64,000 nt of DNA from Candidatus Zixiibacteriota bacterium. Its GTDB lineage: Bacteria; Zixibacteria; MSB-5A5; GN15; FEB-12. The notes beneath the pieces were generated by a model. The model saw only the letters and a program-made list of their open reading frames with translations, had not been told where the DNA came from and ran no database searches. Location: positions 64,292 through 128,291 of the forward strand of contig DAISVY010000008.1 in NCBI GenBank assembly GCA_036826635.1. The letters run 5' to 3'. Of this stretch, positions 8,804-17,315 are shown one piece after another (positions within the stretch are counted from its first letter, which is position 1; each line of letters begins with the position of its first letter). A program made the position numbers and the translations under genes.

Positions 8804-9247
8804 GCGGCGTCGGTCAGTGTTGGCACCGATTTCGTCAAGTTCTTTCTGCTCGGCTTTCTCGAGTTCCTGCATATGTTTGAACTGCCAGGTTTCTTTGAGA
8901 GTCTGAAAAATCTTTCGTTCCTTAGCCGCCTCGACCAGCTTCACCCGGCGCTCCTCGGCTTTAAGCTGCAAACCGTGCAGGAGTTCGGCACCACCGAGAC
9001 GTTCCCGTCTCAGCTTCATCAGATAGCGCGAATACACCAATGCCTCGGCCACCGAGATTGACCCGGACAAATGGTTGCGTTGCTGTTTCAACGCGGTCAG
9101 GCGCATATTATCTATCCGGTCCAATTGCTCTTTCTGACGCACGACTTTCTCGACAGCCTCGGCGTGTTCTTTCTGACGTTCCTTTTCTTTGTGACGCCGC
9201 ACGTTGAGCATCGGCTCGAACCGGAATTTGAACTTCTTCCCCGCCAT
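8783..9247 (-). CDS. fliJ: flagellar export chaperone FliJ
   Basis: 154-aa coiled-coil protein (FRFEPMLNVRRHKEKERQKE...) directly after fliI. Confidence 0.75.
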   Translation of the reverse strand: MAGKKFKFRFEPMLNVRRHKEKERQKEHAEAVEKVVRQKEQLDRIDNMRLTALKQQRNHLSGSISVAEALVYSRYLMKLRRERLGGAELLHGLQLKAEERRVKLVEAAKERKIFQTLKETWQFKHMQELEKAEQKELDEIGANTDRRRKKKGSE

Positions 9248-9250
9248 GAC

Positions 9251-10573
9251 CTACTCGCCGATTATTTCCTGCAAACGGGCCATCGACTCATCATAATGGC
9301 ACTGCTCGTTTATACCCTGACGGAAATGTCGATTGAGATCGTCGATCTTTTCAATAGCTCGATCAATCCGGGGGTTGGAACCTTTGACATACGCCCCGAT
9401 GTTAATGAGGTCCTCGGCTTCTCGATAGGTAGCCAACAATTCGCGCGCCTTGCCCGCCAGTTCCTGGACCTCCGGCGGAACAATATCTTTCATCAGACGA
9501 CTGATGGAATCCAGACAATCCACGGCCGGATATTGGTTGAGCGAGGCCAGACGCCGCGAGAGAGCCACGTGCCCATCGAGAATCGAGCGTACGGCATCGG
9601 ATATCGGTTCGTTGAAATCATCGGCTTCCACCAATACGGTATACATCCCGGTAATCGAACCCTGCTCATTACGTCCGGCGCGTTCCAGAAGGCTCGGCAG
9701 CAGAGACAGGACCGACGGCGTGTATCCCTTGGTGGCCGGCGGTTCTCCGATGGCGAGACCGATTTCACGTTGCGCCATAGCGATACGCGTAACGGAGTCC
9801 ATCAGAAGCATGACATCCTTGCCCTGATCACGGAAATACTCAGCTATAGCCGTGGCCACCATGGCGCCTTTAATACGAATCAGTGCCGGTTGATCGGAAC
9901 TTACCGCCACCACGACCGATCTTTTGAGACCTTCCGGGCCCAGATCGCGCTCGATGAATTCGCGGACCTCTCGCCCGCGTTCCCCCACCAGAGCGATGAC
10001 GTTGACATCGGCCGACGAGTTCCGGGCGATCATCCCCAGCATGACGGATTTGCCCACACCGGAACCGGCGAATATACCCATGCGCTGTCCCTTGCCGATT
10101 GTGGTCATGGTGTCGATCACTTTTATTCCAGTATAAACCGGTTCCTTAATACGACGACGCTGCAACACCGGGATCGGTTCGGCTGAAACCGGCTGGGTTA
10201 TGGCCGTGGTGATGGGCCCTTTGCCGTCAATCGGTTGTCCCAACCCGCCGAGCACACGCCCCACCAGAGTCGGCCCCACGGGAACGCGCAACTGATCGGC
10301 GGTCGAGGTGACAATGGCCCCGGGATTTATTCCACCTATCGAATCATAGGGCATAAGCAGGATACGGTTGTCGCGAAAACCGACAACTTCAGCGAGAATG
10401 CGCGATGATCCGTCATAATTTTCGATATTACAGAGACGCCCGATAGAGATAGCCGGGCCGGCCGATTCGATAACCAGACCTATAACCTGGGTAACTTTGC
10501 CGAAATGCTTGACCGTGCTGGCTCGTGCAATCCGGTCCGCATACATATCGTAGGTCTCAGTCATCGGGATCAC
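9251..10573 (-). CDS. fliI: flagellum-specific ATPase FliI
   Basis: 440 aa with Walker A FAGSGVGKS and the F1/T3SS ATPase fold motifs (LLMDSVTR, PPSV-like). Confidence 0.92.
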   Translation of the reverse strand: MIPMTETYDMYADRIARASTVKHFGKVTQVIGLVIESAGPAISIGRLCNIENYDGSSRILAEVVGFRDNRILLMPYDSIGGINPGAIVTSTADQLRVPVGPTLVGRVLGGLGQPIDGKGPITTAITQPVSAEPIPVLQRRRIKEPVYTGIKVIDTMTTIGKGQRMGIFAGSGVGKSVMLGMIARNSSADVNVIALVGERGREVREFIERDLGPEGLKRSVVVAVSSDQPALIRIKGAMVATAIAEYFRDQGKDVMLLMDSVTRIAMAQREIGLAIGEPPATKGYTPSVLSLLPSLLERAGRNEQGSITGMYTVLVEADDFNEPISDAVRSILDGHVALSRRLASLNQYPAVDCLDSISRLMKDIVPPEVQELAGKARELLATYREAEDLINIGAYVKGSNPRIDRAIEKIDDLNRHFRQGINEQCHYDESMARLQEIIGE

Positions 10574-11265
10574 TCCCTTTCCGAAAGCAGGGTGTCCTTT
10601 ATAACCTCGAACTGCGATTCCAAACGGGCATCGATATCACCGCTGGGGGTTTCGATAAAACACCCCCCCATACGGACGCGGGGATCGGCCTCGAACCGCA
10701 ACTCTTTGATCGCCGCAGATCCCGACAAAAAGCGTTCCATGTTCTGCTCTACGATTGGCAGATGATCCGGGTGCACTTTAATACACAGCCTGGAGCGGTC
10801 GACCAGTTGACCGATCACGTTCTCTATAAGAGCAACCGTGGCCTCGTGGTCGATTTCCATGGCTTCGAATGTAACTTTCTTGCTTATCTGAACTACCAGT
10901 TCGAGGATTTTCTGTTTCGCTTCCACAAGCATGGTGGTGCGCTGGTCGACAGCATCCTTAATCGCCGACTGAAACTGATTCAGCACTTTGCGTGCTTCAT
11001 CGAGACCTTCTTTCAGACCGGTCTTATAACCATCATCGTATCCCTGCCGGTGCGCCTGCTCACAATCGACCCGCAGCTTTTCGTCGAGCTTGTAAATCTC
11101 CTGGATGGGAATCATCCTGGCGCCATCGGGACTGGTAATAAGAGACACGAGCGGGAACGTCTTACCGAGTATGGCTTCCGCCCGCTCTTCGGCTTCGACA
11201 TCACACTGTCTCTCCCCGATAAAAACCGCCGGAGCCTCCGAAGTATAGCGAATAATCTTAGACAA
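10570..11265 (-). CDS. fliH: flagellar assembly protein FliH
   Basis: 231 aa; the position between fliG and fliI with 4-8 nt overlaps, and the C-terminal GGCFIETPSGDIDARLESQ, are typical of FliH. Confidence 0.75.
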   Translation of the reverse strand: MSKIIRYTSEAPAVFIGERQCDVEAEERAEAILGKTFPLVSLITSPDGARMIPIQEIYKLDEKLRVDCEQAHRQGYDDGYKTGLKEGLDEARKVLNQFQSAIKDAVDQRTTMLVEAKQKILELVVQISKKVTFEAMEIDHEATVALIENVIGQLVDRSRLCIKVHPDHLPIVEQNMERFLSGSAAIKELRFEADPRVRMGGCFIETPSGDIDARLESQFEVIKDTLLSERE

Positions 11266-12274
11266 TTACATCCTCTTTACCGCCGCGACCGGAAATGATA
11301 ATCTGACCTTCTTCTTCCAGACGACGGACAGCTTCGACAATACGTCCCTGGGCCGCCTCGACATCGGACAGTCGAATAGGCCCCATGAATTCCATTTCTT
11401 CCTGGATCATAGCCGAAACACGCTCGGATACGTTCGTAAAGATCTTGTTCTTGACCCCGTCCCCGGCGGCCTTGAGAGCCATCGACAGATCCTTCGTCTC
11501 GACCTCTTTGAGCAAACGCTGAACCGAACGGTCATCGAGCAGAACCAGATCGTCGAAGACGAACATCATGTTCTTCACTTCGGCGGCCAGATCGGGATCG
11601 TCGGCCTCAAGCGATTGCAGGATATTTTTCTCCGCAGAGGTATCGATCAGATTGAGAATTTCCGCAATCGCCTTGGCGCCGCCCGACACCGACAAGTCGC
11701 GGCCGGACACATCGCCGAAATGACTTTCCAGAGTCGTTTCTATTTCCTTGAGGATCTCCGGCGAAATTTTCTCCATCGTAGCCACGCGCAGCGATACTTC
11801 GGCCTGCAACTCCGGGGCCAGTTCCGAAAGGACGGCCGCGGCCTGCTGCGGAGCAAGCTGCGTGAGGACCAGAGCGGTAGTCTGAGGATGCTCGTTCTGG
11901 AAAAAACCGCTCAATTGTTTGGAATCAATATCTTTCAGGAGGGAGAATCCCCGAGTCTGAAAAGACGATTCCAGCCGGCCCATTATTTCTCTGGCCTTTT
12001 GTGCTCCGACGGCTTTCTGCAAAATCTCCGAGGCAAAGTCGATACCGCCCTGGGAAATATACTGGCGGGCCATAAAGATGCTGTAGCATTCACCGATGAC
12101 TTTTTCCTCGATGTCGGAAGGCACGTCACGGAGGTTGGCGATCTCGATTGTAATCTTCTCCAGATCGGACTCGCTCATCCCTTTCAGGACGAGAGCGGAA
12201 ACCTCGGGACCGAACGCCACGAGGGCTACGGCTGCCTTTTGCAGGGCTGTCATGTTATCGAAGTCCATAACCAA
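11258..12274 (-). CDS. fliG: flagellar motor switch protein FliG
   Basis: 338 aa; MTALQKAAVALVAFGPE, ...EEMEFMGPIRLSDVEAAQGRIVEAVRRLEEEGQI. Confidence 0.92.
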   Translation of the reverse strand: MVMDFDNMTALQKAAVALVAFGPEVSALVLKGMSESDLEKITIEIANLRDVPSDIEEKVIGECYSIFMARQYISQGGIDFASEILQKAVGAQKAREIMGRLESSFQTRGFSLLKDIDSKQLSGFFQNEHPQTTALVLTQLAPQQAAAVLSELAPELQAEVSLRVATMEKISPEILKEIETTLESHFGDVSGRDLSVSGGAKAIAEILNLIDTSAEKNILQSLEADDPDLAAEVKNMMFVFDDLVLLDDRSVQRLLKEVETKDLSMALKAAGDGVKNKIFTNVSERVSAMIQEEMEFMGPIRLSDVEAAQGRIVEAVRRLEEEGQIIISGRGGKEDVIV

Positions 12275-12275
12275 C

Positions 12276-13835
12276 CTACTCGATCATCATCGTTTTGATT
12301 ACTTTGGCGATTTCGTCCGGGCGATCCTTGGCTGTCTTCTGCATTTGATCCACCAGCCTGGGCTTGCGTTTTTCGGGCTGAATCGGCGGCACGAGTTCTT
12401 CTTCGGCTTCCTCCGCGGTTATCGGTTCGGGTTGGGGAGGAGCAGCCGGACGCGCCGGCATCAGTCGACTCAAATTGGCGAAAAGATTTTTGGACTTTTT
12501 CTTAAAGTACAGCAAAGCCAGAATGGCCAGAACCACCAGTCCGATCTTCTTACCCAGATCGAGATAGAAATCGCGAAGGTACATGGAATCCAGCATATCG
12601 CGGTCGGTTTGCAAATCGCGGCGGTCGAACGGGATATTTACGATTTCTATCTGGTCGTTCCGCTGCGAATCGAACCCCACGGCATTCTTGACAATAGCCG
12701 AAAGTCGATCCAGCTCATCCTGTGTTCTCGGTTGGTATACCTGCTCGACCTCCCCGGCCTCGTTCGCCACCTCGCTGTATGTGCCGTCGACCATAAGAGC
12801 AACCGAAAGACGCTGAATACCTCCGACGGCGTTGATAATGTGCTCGACGGTTTTATTCAGTTCGTAATTGGTAACCGTAGTCTCGCTGTTACCTTCCTCG
12901 GTACTCTCGTTATCTTCCTTGGCCTTGTCGCTGAGAGCGGAACTGCTGCGAGTACGTTCTTCACTTCGTACCGAAGGCGCATTGGGGTCGTATAACTCCG
13001 AGGTTCTTTCCAATTGCTGGAAATCGAGATCGGCCGTTACACGAACCATTGCGGTCGACGGTCCCAAAACACCATCAAGCAAAGTCTGGGCTTTTTCTTC
13101 GAGATAAGTCTCGACATTTTTGCGTACTTCCAACTGGGTCGCAGACAAGCCCGCCACGGGGTCGCTTTCTCGCCCGCTGGTCAGAAGATTACCATCATAG
13201 TCAACGATGGCGATATTACTCGGCTTCAATCCTTCCACCGAGGCCGCCACCAGATGCGTGATCCCGTTGATCTGGTGAGCCGTAAGGTTACGGCCGCCGG
13301 CCAGTTTAAGGACCACCGAGGCGCTGGCGTCCTTCTTATCTTCCTTGAACAAGCGTTCCTTCGGCATTACGATATGAACACGAGCCGCCTGGACCTCATT
13401 GAGCTGAACAATGGTGCGGGTCAACTCACCTTCAAGAGCCCGTCTGAAATTCAGGTTTTGCAGAAAATCGGTCATCCCCAGATTGCTTTTGTCGAATATG
13501 GAATACCCCATACTCCCCGACTGCGGCAGACCCTCGGCGGCCAGCGAAATGCGCGTCTGATAAACCTGATCCGACGGCACCTCTATCGCGCCGCCGTTGT
13601 CCTTCAAATGGAAGGGGATCTTCTGATCGTTGAGGTAATTGATTACATTTCCGGCCTCGGCTTCATCCAGATTGGAATAAAGCCGCGAATACGTGACGTC
13701 TCCCAGCCAGCCGATGACGAACACGGCGCCGACTACCGTACCGGCAATGACGCCGAAAAGCATCATTATCTGACTGGCCGTCATGCGGCCGACAAACCCG
13801 CTGAAGTTCTTGAAAAATTGCTTCAGATTATCCAT
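12276..13835 (-). CDS. fliF: flagellar MS-ring protein FliF
   Basis: 519 aa with N- and C-terminal TM segments; YSNLDEAEAGNVINYLNDQKIPF and RISLAAEGLPQ motifs. Confidence 0.9.
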   Translation of the reverse strand: MDNLKQFFKNFSGFVGRMTASQIMMLFGVIAGTVVGAVFVIGWLGDVTYSRLYSNLDEAEAGNVINYLNDQKIPFHLKDNGGAIEVPSDQVYQTRISLAAEGLPQSGSMGYSIFDKSNLGMTDFLQNLNFRRALEGELTRTIVQLNEVQAARVHIVMPKERLFKEDKKDASASVVLKLAGGRNLTAHQINGITHLVAASVEGLKPSNIAIVDYDGNLLTSGRESDPVAGLSATQLEVRKNVETYLEEKAQTLLDGVLGPSTAMVRVTADLDFQQLERTSELYDPNAPSVRSEERTRSSSALSDKAKEDNESTEEGNSETTVTNYELNKTVEHIINAVGGIQRLSVALMVDGTYSEVANEAGEVEQVYQPRTQDELDRLSAIVKNAVGFDSQRNDQIEIVNIPFDRRDLQTDRDMLDSMYLRDFYLDLGKKIGLVVLAILALLYFKKKSKNLFANLSRLMPARPAAPPQPEPITAEEAEEELVPPIQPEKRKPRLVDQMQKTAKDRPDEIAKVIKTMMIE

Positions 13836-13895
13836 ACAACGTCCTATTTACCTACCGGCCCGGCCATCCATAGCCGAACGCATCGAAAAACCACG

Positions 13896-14222
13896 TTACA
13901 TAGGCATTTGCATTATCTGGTTAAAAGCGGAAACCAGCTTGTTGCGAATCGCCAGAAGCAGATCCATACTGATCCCGGCTTCCTCCGCCTTGATCATGAC
14001 TTCGTGCAGTTCTATCGGTTCACCTGCAATAAAAGCCTCCTGAGCCTGGGCGGATTGCTGCTGCGCCTGGTTTACCGATTCGACAAGGTCGGATACCATA
14101 TCGGCGAACTTTGGTTCGTTTGCGACTTCGTTCCCGCCGACCGCCAGTTGTTTCCCGCCGGCTTGTTCAATCAACCCCGGCACAAGGCGCTGGATATTCG
14201 ACACCGATCCACTCATGATCAC
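13896..14222 (-). CDS. fliE: flagellar hook-basal body protein FliE
   Basis: 108 aa; FADMVSDLVESVNQAQQQSAQAQEAFIAGE...LLAIRNKLVSAFNQIMQMPM is typical FliE. Confidence 0.85.
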   Translation of the reverse strand: MIMSGSVSNIQRLVPGLIEQAGGKQLAVGGNEVANEPKFADMVSDLVESVNQAQQQSAQAQEAFIAGEPIELHEVMIKAEEAGISMDLLLAIRNKLVSAFNQIMQMPM

Positions 14223-14539
14223 ACCTTAATATCGACCATCTGGCCGATTCCCTGTTCCTCGTCGGCTCCGCCGGTATCCGACTGATACCCCGCCCCGAAA
14301 CGACCGGCCTCCCGAAAACGAGAGAACAGCAGATCAAGGGCCTGACGTTCATCCTCGGAGAGATACTTAGCATAGTCGCCGGAAGGACCCTTCACGGCTA
14401 CCGCCGACTTCTGCACCGAAGTCTGCGGCTCAATGACCACCTTCTGATCGGCCGCCTTATCCTGGGCCTGGGTGATCGACGAGTTGTCCTGACGATTCAG
14501 TTGCTGATAAGATTGAATCGCAACCGGGTTGATCTTCAT
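14219..14539 (-). CDS. hypothetical 106-aa protein inserted between flgC and fliE
   Basis: MKINPVAIQSYQQLNRQD...YLSEDERQALDLLFSRF...GIGQMVDIKV. Its stop overlaps the fliE start (ATGA) and it begins 19 nt after flgC. No family confidently recognised. Confidence 0.65.
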   Translation of the reverse strand: MKINPVAIQSYQQLNRQDNSSITQAQDKAADQKVVIEPQTSVQKSAVAVKGPSGDYAKYLSEDERQALDLLFSRFREAGRFGAGYQSDTGGADEEQGIGQMVDIKV

Positions 14540-14558
14540 CTTCTACTCCTGCACTTTC

Positions 14559-15053
14559 TTAAATATCCAGAGCGTCCTGGGCCATCTGCTTGGACGCTGA
14601 AATGACCGACGTATTGGCTTCATACGCCCGTGTGGCGGTCATCATGTCAACCATCTCGGTTATCACATCGATATCCGGCATGCATACGTATCCATCTTCG
14701 TCCGCGTTCGGGTGACCGGGATCATATACCAGGCGGAAGCTGGAATCAGGATCGGTAACTTCCTCGTACGACACCGAAGACACCGTTTCTTTCTCGCCCG
14801 TTACCGCCGCCCTGGCGGGCCGGTGCGCCGCGTTAGTGCGAGCCAGGCGAGTGTTCGCCTGAGACAACAGCTTATTGAAAGAAACGGCTTTCTTGTCCTC
14901 GCTAACCACCACCCGACGCCGACGATACGGACCGCCCTCGTCGGTTTCCACGGTCTCGGCATTGGCCATATTCTCAGCGATGACGTTCATCTTGGCTCGC
15001 TGTGTCGACAAGCCCTGAGAAGATATCTCTATCGCGTTTATTAACCCGCCCAT
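14559..15053 (-). CDS. flgC: flagellar basal-body rod protein FlgC
   Basis: 164 aa; AIEISSQGLSTQRAKMNVIAENMANAETV and DVITEMVDMMTATRAYEANTSVI. Confidence 0.9.
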   Translation of the reverse strand: MGGLINAIEISSQGLSTQRAKMNVIAENMANAETVETDEGGPYRRRRVVVSEDKKAVSFNKLLSQANTRLARTNAAHRPARAAVTGEKETVSSVSYEEVTDPDSSFRLVYDPGHPNADEDGYVCMPDIDVITEMVDMMTATRAYEANTSVISASKQMAQDALDI

Positions 15054-15065
15054 GGTCTATACTTC

Positions 15066-15479
15066 CTACTCACTGGTAATGGCGGTGTGAAGTGCCGAAA
15101 ACTTTTTCTGCAACAGCCGGGCCGCCGTGGTATACACCAGTTCGTTCTGCGCCATCTTGGGAACTTCTTCATCAATGTTTACGGAATTGACTTCGCCCGA
15201 TTCCACCCTATCCCGGTCGACCTTCGGGGAACGCTGCGAATGCTCACCGAGAGGAATATGGTCCGGGTCAGTGGTCGTGCCCGCCAGGTGCTTCGTCTCG
15301 CCACCGATACGAGCCAGTTCTCCTTTGAAATCAATATCACCGGAGCGGTAACCCGGAGTGGAAACATTGGCGACATTGGCCGAAATCAATCGGTGCCGAA
15401 GGCTGGTTAGATCCAACAACCTATTATAGTCTCCGACACCGACCTTATCGAAGATGAAGCTGGTAAGTTTATTTTCCAT
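15066..15479 (-). CDS. flgB: flagellar basal-body rod protein FlgB
   Basis: LRHRLISANVANVSTPGYR motif. I use the ATG at 15479 (MENKLTSF...) because the track extension to 15533 overlaps a near-consensus sigma-54 promoter. Confidence 0.85.
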   Translation of the reverse strand: MENKLTSFIFDKVGVGDYNRLLDLTSLRHRLISANVANVSTPGYRSGDIDFKGELARIGGETKHLAGTTTDPDHIPLGEHSQRSPKVDRDRVESGEVNSVNIDEEVPKMAQNELVYTTAARLLQKKFSALHTAITSE

Positions 15480-15516
15480 ATTCCACGTCGAGTTACAACT
15501 TTTCACCGGCGTGGAA

Positions 15517-15532
15517 AGCAAGAGAAATGCCA
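15517..15532 (-). promoter_or_regulatory. sigma-54 (-24/-12) promoter candidate for the flgB operon
   Basis: Minus strand reads TGGCAT-TTCTC-TTGCT; GG and GC are at consensus spacing (TGGCAC-N5-TTGCW). It lies 38 nt upstream of the flgB ATG at 15479. Confidence 0.6.
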
Positions 15533-15652
15533 AACCGCGTCCGCTTCACACACTCTATTGTCACACATGCAGTTAGAGCGTGCAAGCCAGGTCGACACTC
15601 GGGCTGTCAGGAACACACAGAAGGAACGGATTTCCGGTCCGTGGGGAATAAT

Positions 15653-16396
15653 TTACCGGTCTTTATCGGAATAATATAATTGTGAAGTGGGTTCGGTCAG
15701 GGTTAGCTCCATAGTCAGAATTACAACGTCCACCCGACGGTTGCGGGACCGGCCTTCGACCGTGCTGTTCGGCTGGATGGGGCGAAATTCCCCGTAACCA
15801 AGGGCCGAAATCCGATCCGGTGGAATGGGGTGATTCTCGATCAGGTATCTTGCCACGGTTGTTGCCCGCGCCGATGAAAGCTCCCAGTTGGACGGATAAA
15901 CAGAAGTGTGAATAGGCCGATTATCGGTATGCCCCTCCACTCTGACATGATTGGGGCGCCCTTTAACCTGTTCCGCGATCAAATCAAGGACATCGCGCGC
16001 CTTGAGCTTAAGCTCGGCCGAACCTTCATCGAAAAGGGCCGACTCTAAAATGTGAATAACCAGTCCCCGCTCGGTCACCTCGGACTGCAATTCCTCGTTC
16101 TTTCCAAGTTGCTTGAACCTGTCGTCGATACGCTGCTGAACCATACGCAGGTTTCCGAATTTGAGCAGGCCATGACCGGTTTTAGCCGGCATCAAACGGT
16201 ATTTCAACGCCGAATTGCCACCTCGCAAAACGGTGTTAAGAGCATCGGAGACCAGACCGAATTTCTTGGCATCCACCTGGGACATCGAATACATGACAAT
16301 GAAAAAAGCCAGCAGCAGAGTGATCAGATCGGCGTAGGTAAGCAACCAGCGCTCGAGATTTTCCGAAGAATCGAGTTTTTTGCGTTGACGGCGCAC
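15653..16396 (-). CDS. motB: flagellar stator protein MotB
   Basis: WLLTYADLITLLLAFFIVM TM segment with the conserved Asp, plus an OmpA-like C-terminus (NRRVDVVIL). Confidence 0.88.
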   Translation of the reverse strand: MRRQRKKLDSSENLERWLLTYADLITLLLAFFIVMYSMSQVDAKKFGLVSDALNTVLRGGNSALKYRLMPAKTGHGLLKFGNLRMVQQRIDDRFKQLGKNEELQSEVTERGLVIHILESALFDEGSAELKLKARDVLDLIAEQVKGRPNHVRVEGHTDNRPIHTSVYPSNWELSSARATTVARYLIENHPIPPDRISALGYGEFRPIQPNSTVEGRSRNRRVDVVILTMELTLTEPTSQLYYSDKDR

Positions 16397-16399
16397 GGC

Positions 16400-17164
16400 C
16401 TAAACCTCTACAGGGCGCTCCGAAGGGGCTATGAATGACATGAGACGGGTCCGAATGTTACGCGGGTTATCTCCCGACTGAATCGCCACCACTCCTTCCA
16501 TGATGAGTTCCAGATAGGCCATCTCTTCGTCGTTTTTCATCCGCAGCTTGTCGGACACGGGCAGGAAAAACAGATTGGCCAAACCGACACCCCAAAGAGT
16601 AGCGATAAATGCCGCAGCGATAGCCCCGGCCATCTGGCCGGCATCGGAAGTGCTCCCTAAAGCGTGAATCATCCCGAGCACGGTGCCCAATATGCCCAGG
16701 GTCGGTGCGAAACCACCGGCCTTCTGGAAAAACGCAATACCGCGTTTGTGACGTTCCTGCACGTAGGCAATCTCCGTTTCAAGAACTTCACGCAAAACAG
16801 TAACCTCGGTTCCGTCGATCAGAAGCTGGACAGCCTTTTTGAAAAAGGACTGCTTAATTTCTCTCTGATCGGCTTCCAGCCCCAGGATACCCTCACGCCG
16901 GGCCTTCTCGGCCAGCCTCACGATGTGGTTTATGACCTCGGCACAACTATGCGATGGCCCGGCAAAAGCCATCTGCAAATACTGAGGTACCCGCATAACG
17001 GTCTGAGCCGAGGTGGTAATCATGGTCGCTCCCAGAGTACCGCCTATTACAATCAGCATAGGAGCCAACAGGAAAACCGACTGCGGGTCGCCGCCTTCCA
17101 GCGCGTAAGCACCACAGATCGCACCGACGGACAGCACGAGGCCTAATATAGTAGCAAGATCCAT
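16400..17164 (-). CDS. motA: flagellar stator protein MotA
   Basis: 254 aa, MotA/TolQ/ExbB-type four-TM protein, directly upstream of motB. Confidence 0.88.
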   Translation of the reverse strand: MDLATILGLVLSVGAICGAYALEGGDPQSVFLLAPMLIVIGGTLGATMITTSAQTVMRVPQYLQMAFAGPSHSCAEVINHIVRLAEKARREGILGLEADQREIKQSFFKKAVQLLIDGTEVTVLREVLETEIAYVQERHKRGIAFFQKAGGFAPTLGILGTVLGMIHALGSTSDAGQMAGAIAAAFIATLWGVGLANLFFLPVSDKLRMKNDEEMAYLELIMEGVVAIQSGDNPRNIRTRLMSFIAPSERPVEV

Positions 17165-17234
17165 TTAATCTGCGCCGTCTTAGCTGTATTTACACATCAA
17201 CTTCGGGCGGTATAATAACCGCCCCATGAATGCA

Positions 17235-17263
17235 GTATCGGCAGGAAAGTTCAATATATGAAC
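17235..17263 (-). promoter_or_regulatory. sigma-28-type promoter candidate for motAB
   Basis: Minus strand reads GTTCA-N16-GCCGATAC; GCCGATA is the FliA/SigD -10 hallmark. It lies 70 nt upstream of the motA ATG. Confidence 0.5.
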
Positions 17264-17289
17264 AAAAAGTGTGATGCCGGATGCGGCAT
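17264..17289 (-). terminator. weak terminator-like hairpin after the sigma-54 regulator gene
   Basis: Minus strand reads ATGCCG-CATC-CGGCAT, then CACAC, then TTTTT. The stem is short and the T-run displaced. Confidence 0.3.
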
Positions 17290-17315
17290 TTCACAAACAG
17301 AAGGCCGGAAAAGAC

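Noticed and set aside
13014-14285. 423-aa plus-strand ORF antisense to fliF/fliE (similar cases at 9071-10186, 25914-27041, 34160-35458, 57723-58934, 52777-53763 and 36889-37872)
   Set aside because: All are mirror frames of well-supported minus-strand genes. They span several unrelated genes and intergenic gaps, and show no domains, signal peptides or sensible starts.
15480-15533. Longer N-terminus for FlgB (track start 15533); likewise FlgF (6753) and DUF512 (33387)
   Set aside because: The extensions add non-conserved residues before the canonical rod-protein N-termini. In the flgB and flgF cases they overlap the sigma-54-like promoters. The DUF512 extension nearly abuts the tRNA-Gly.
15610-15650. 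GGACCGG-AAAT-CCGTTCC hairpin after motB as a terminator
   Set aside because: The 7-bp stem has a central mismatch and only a weak T-rich tail, which is not convincing.
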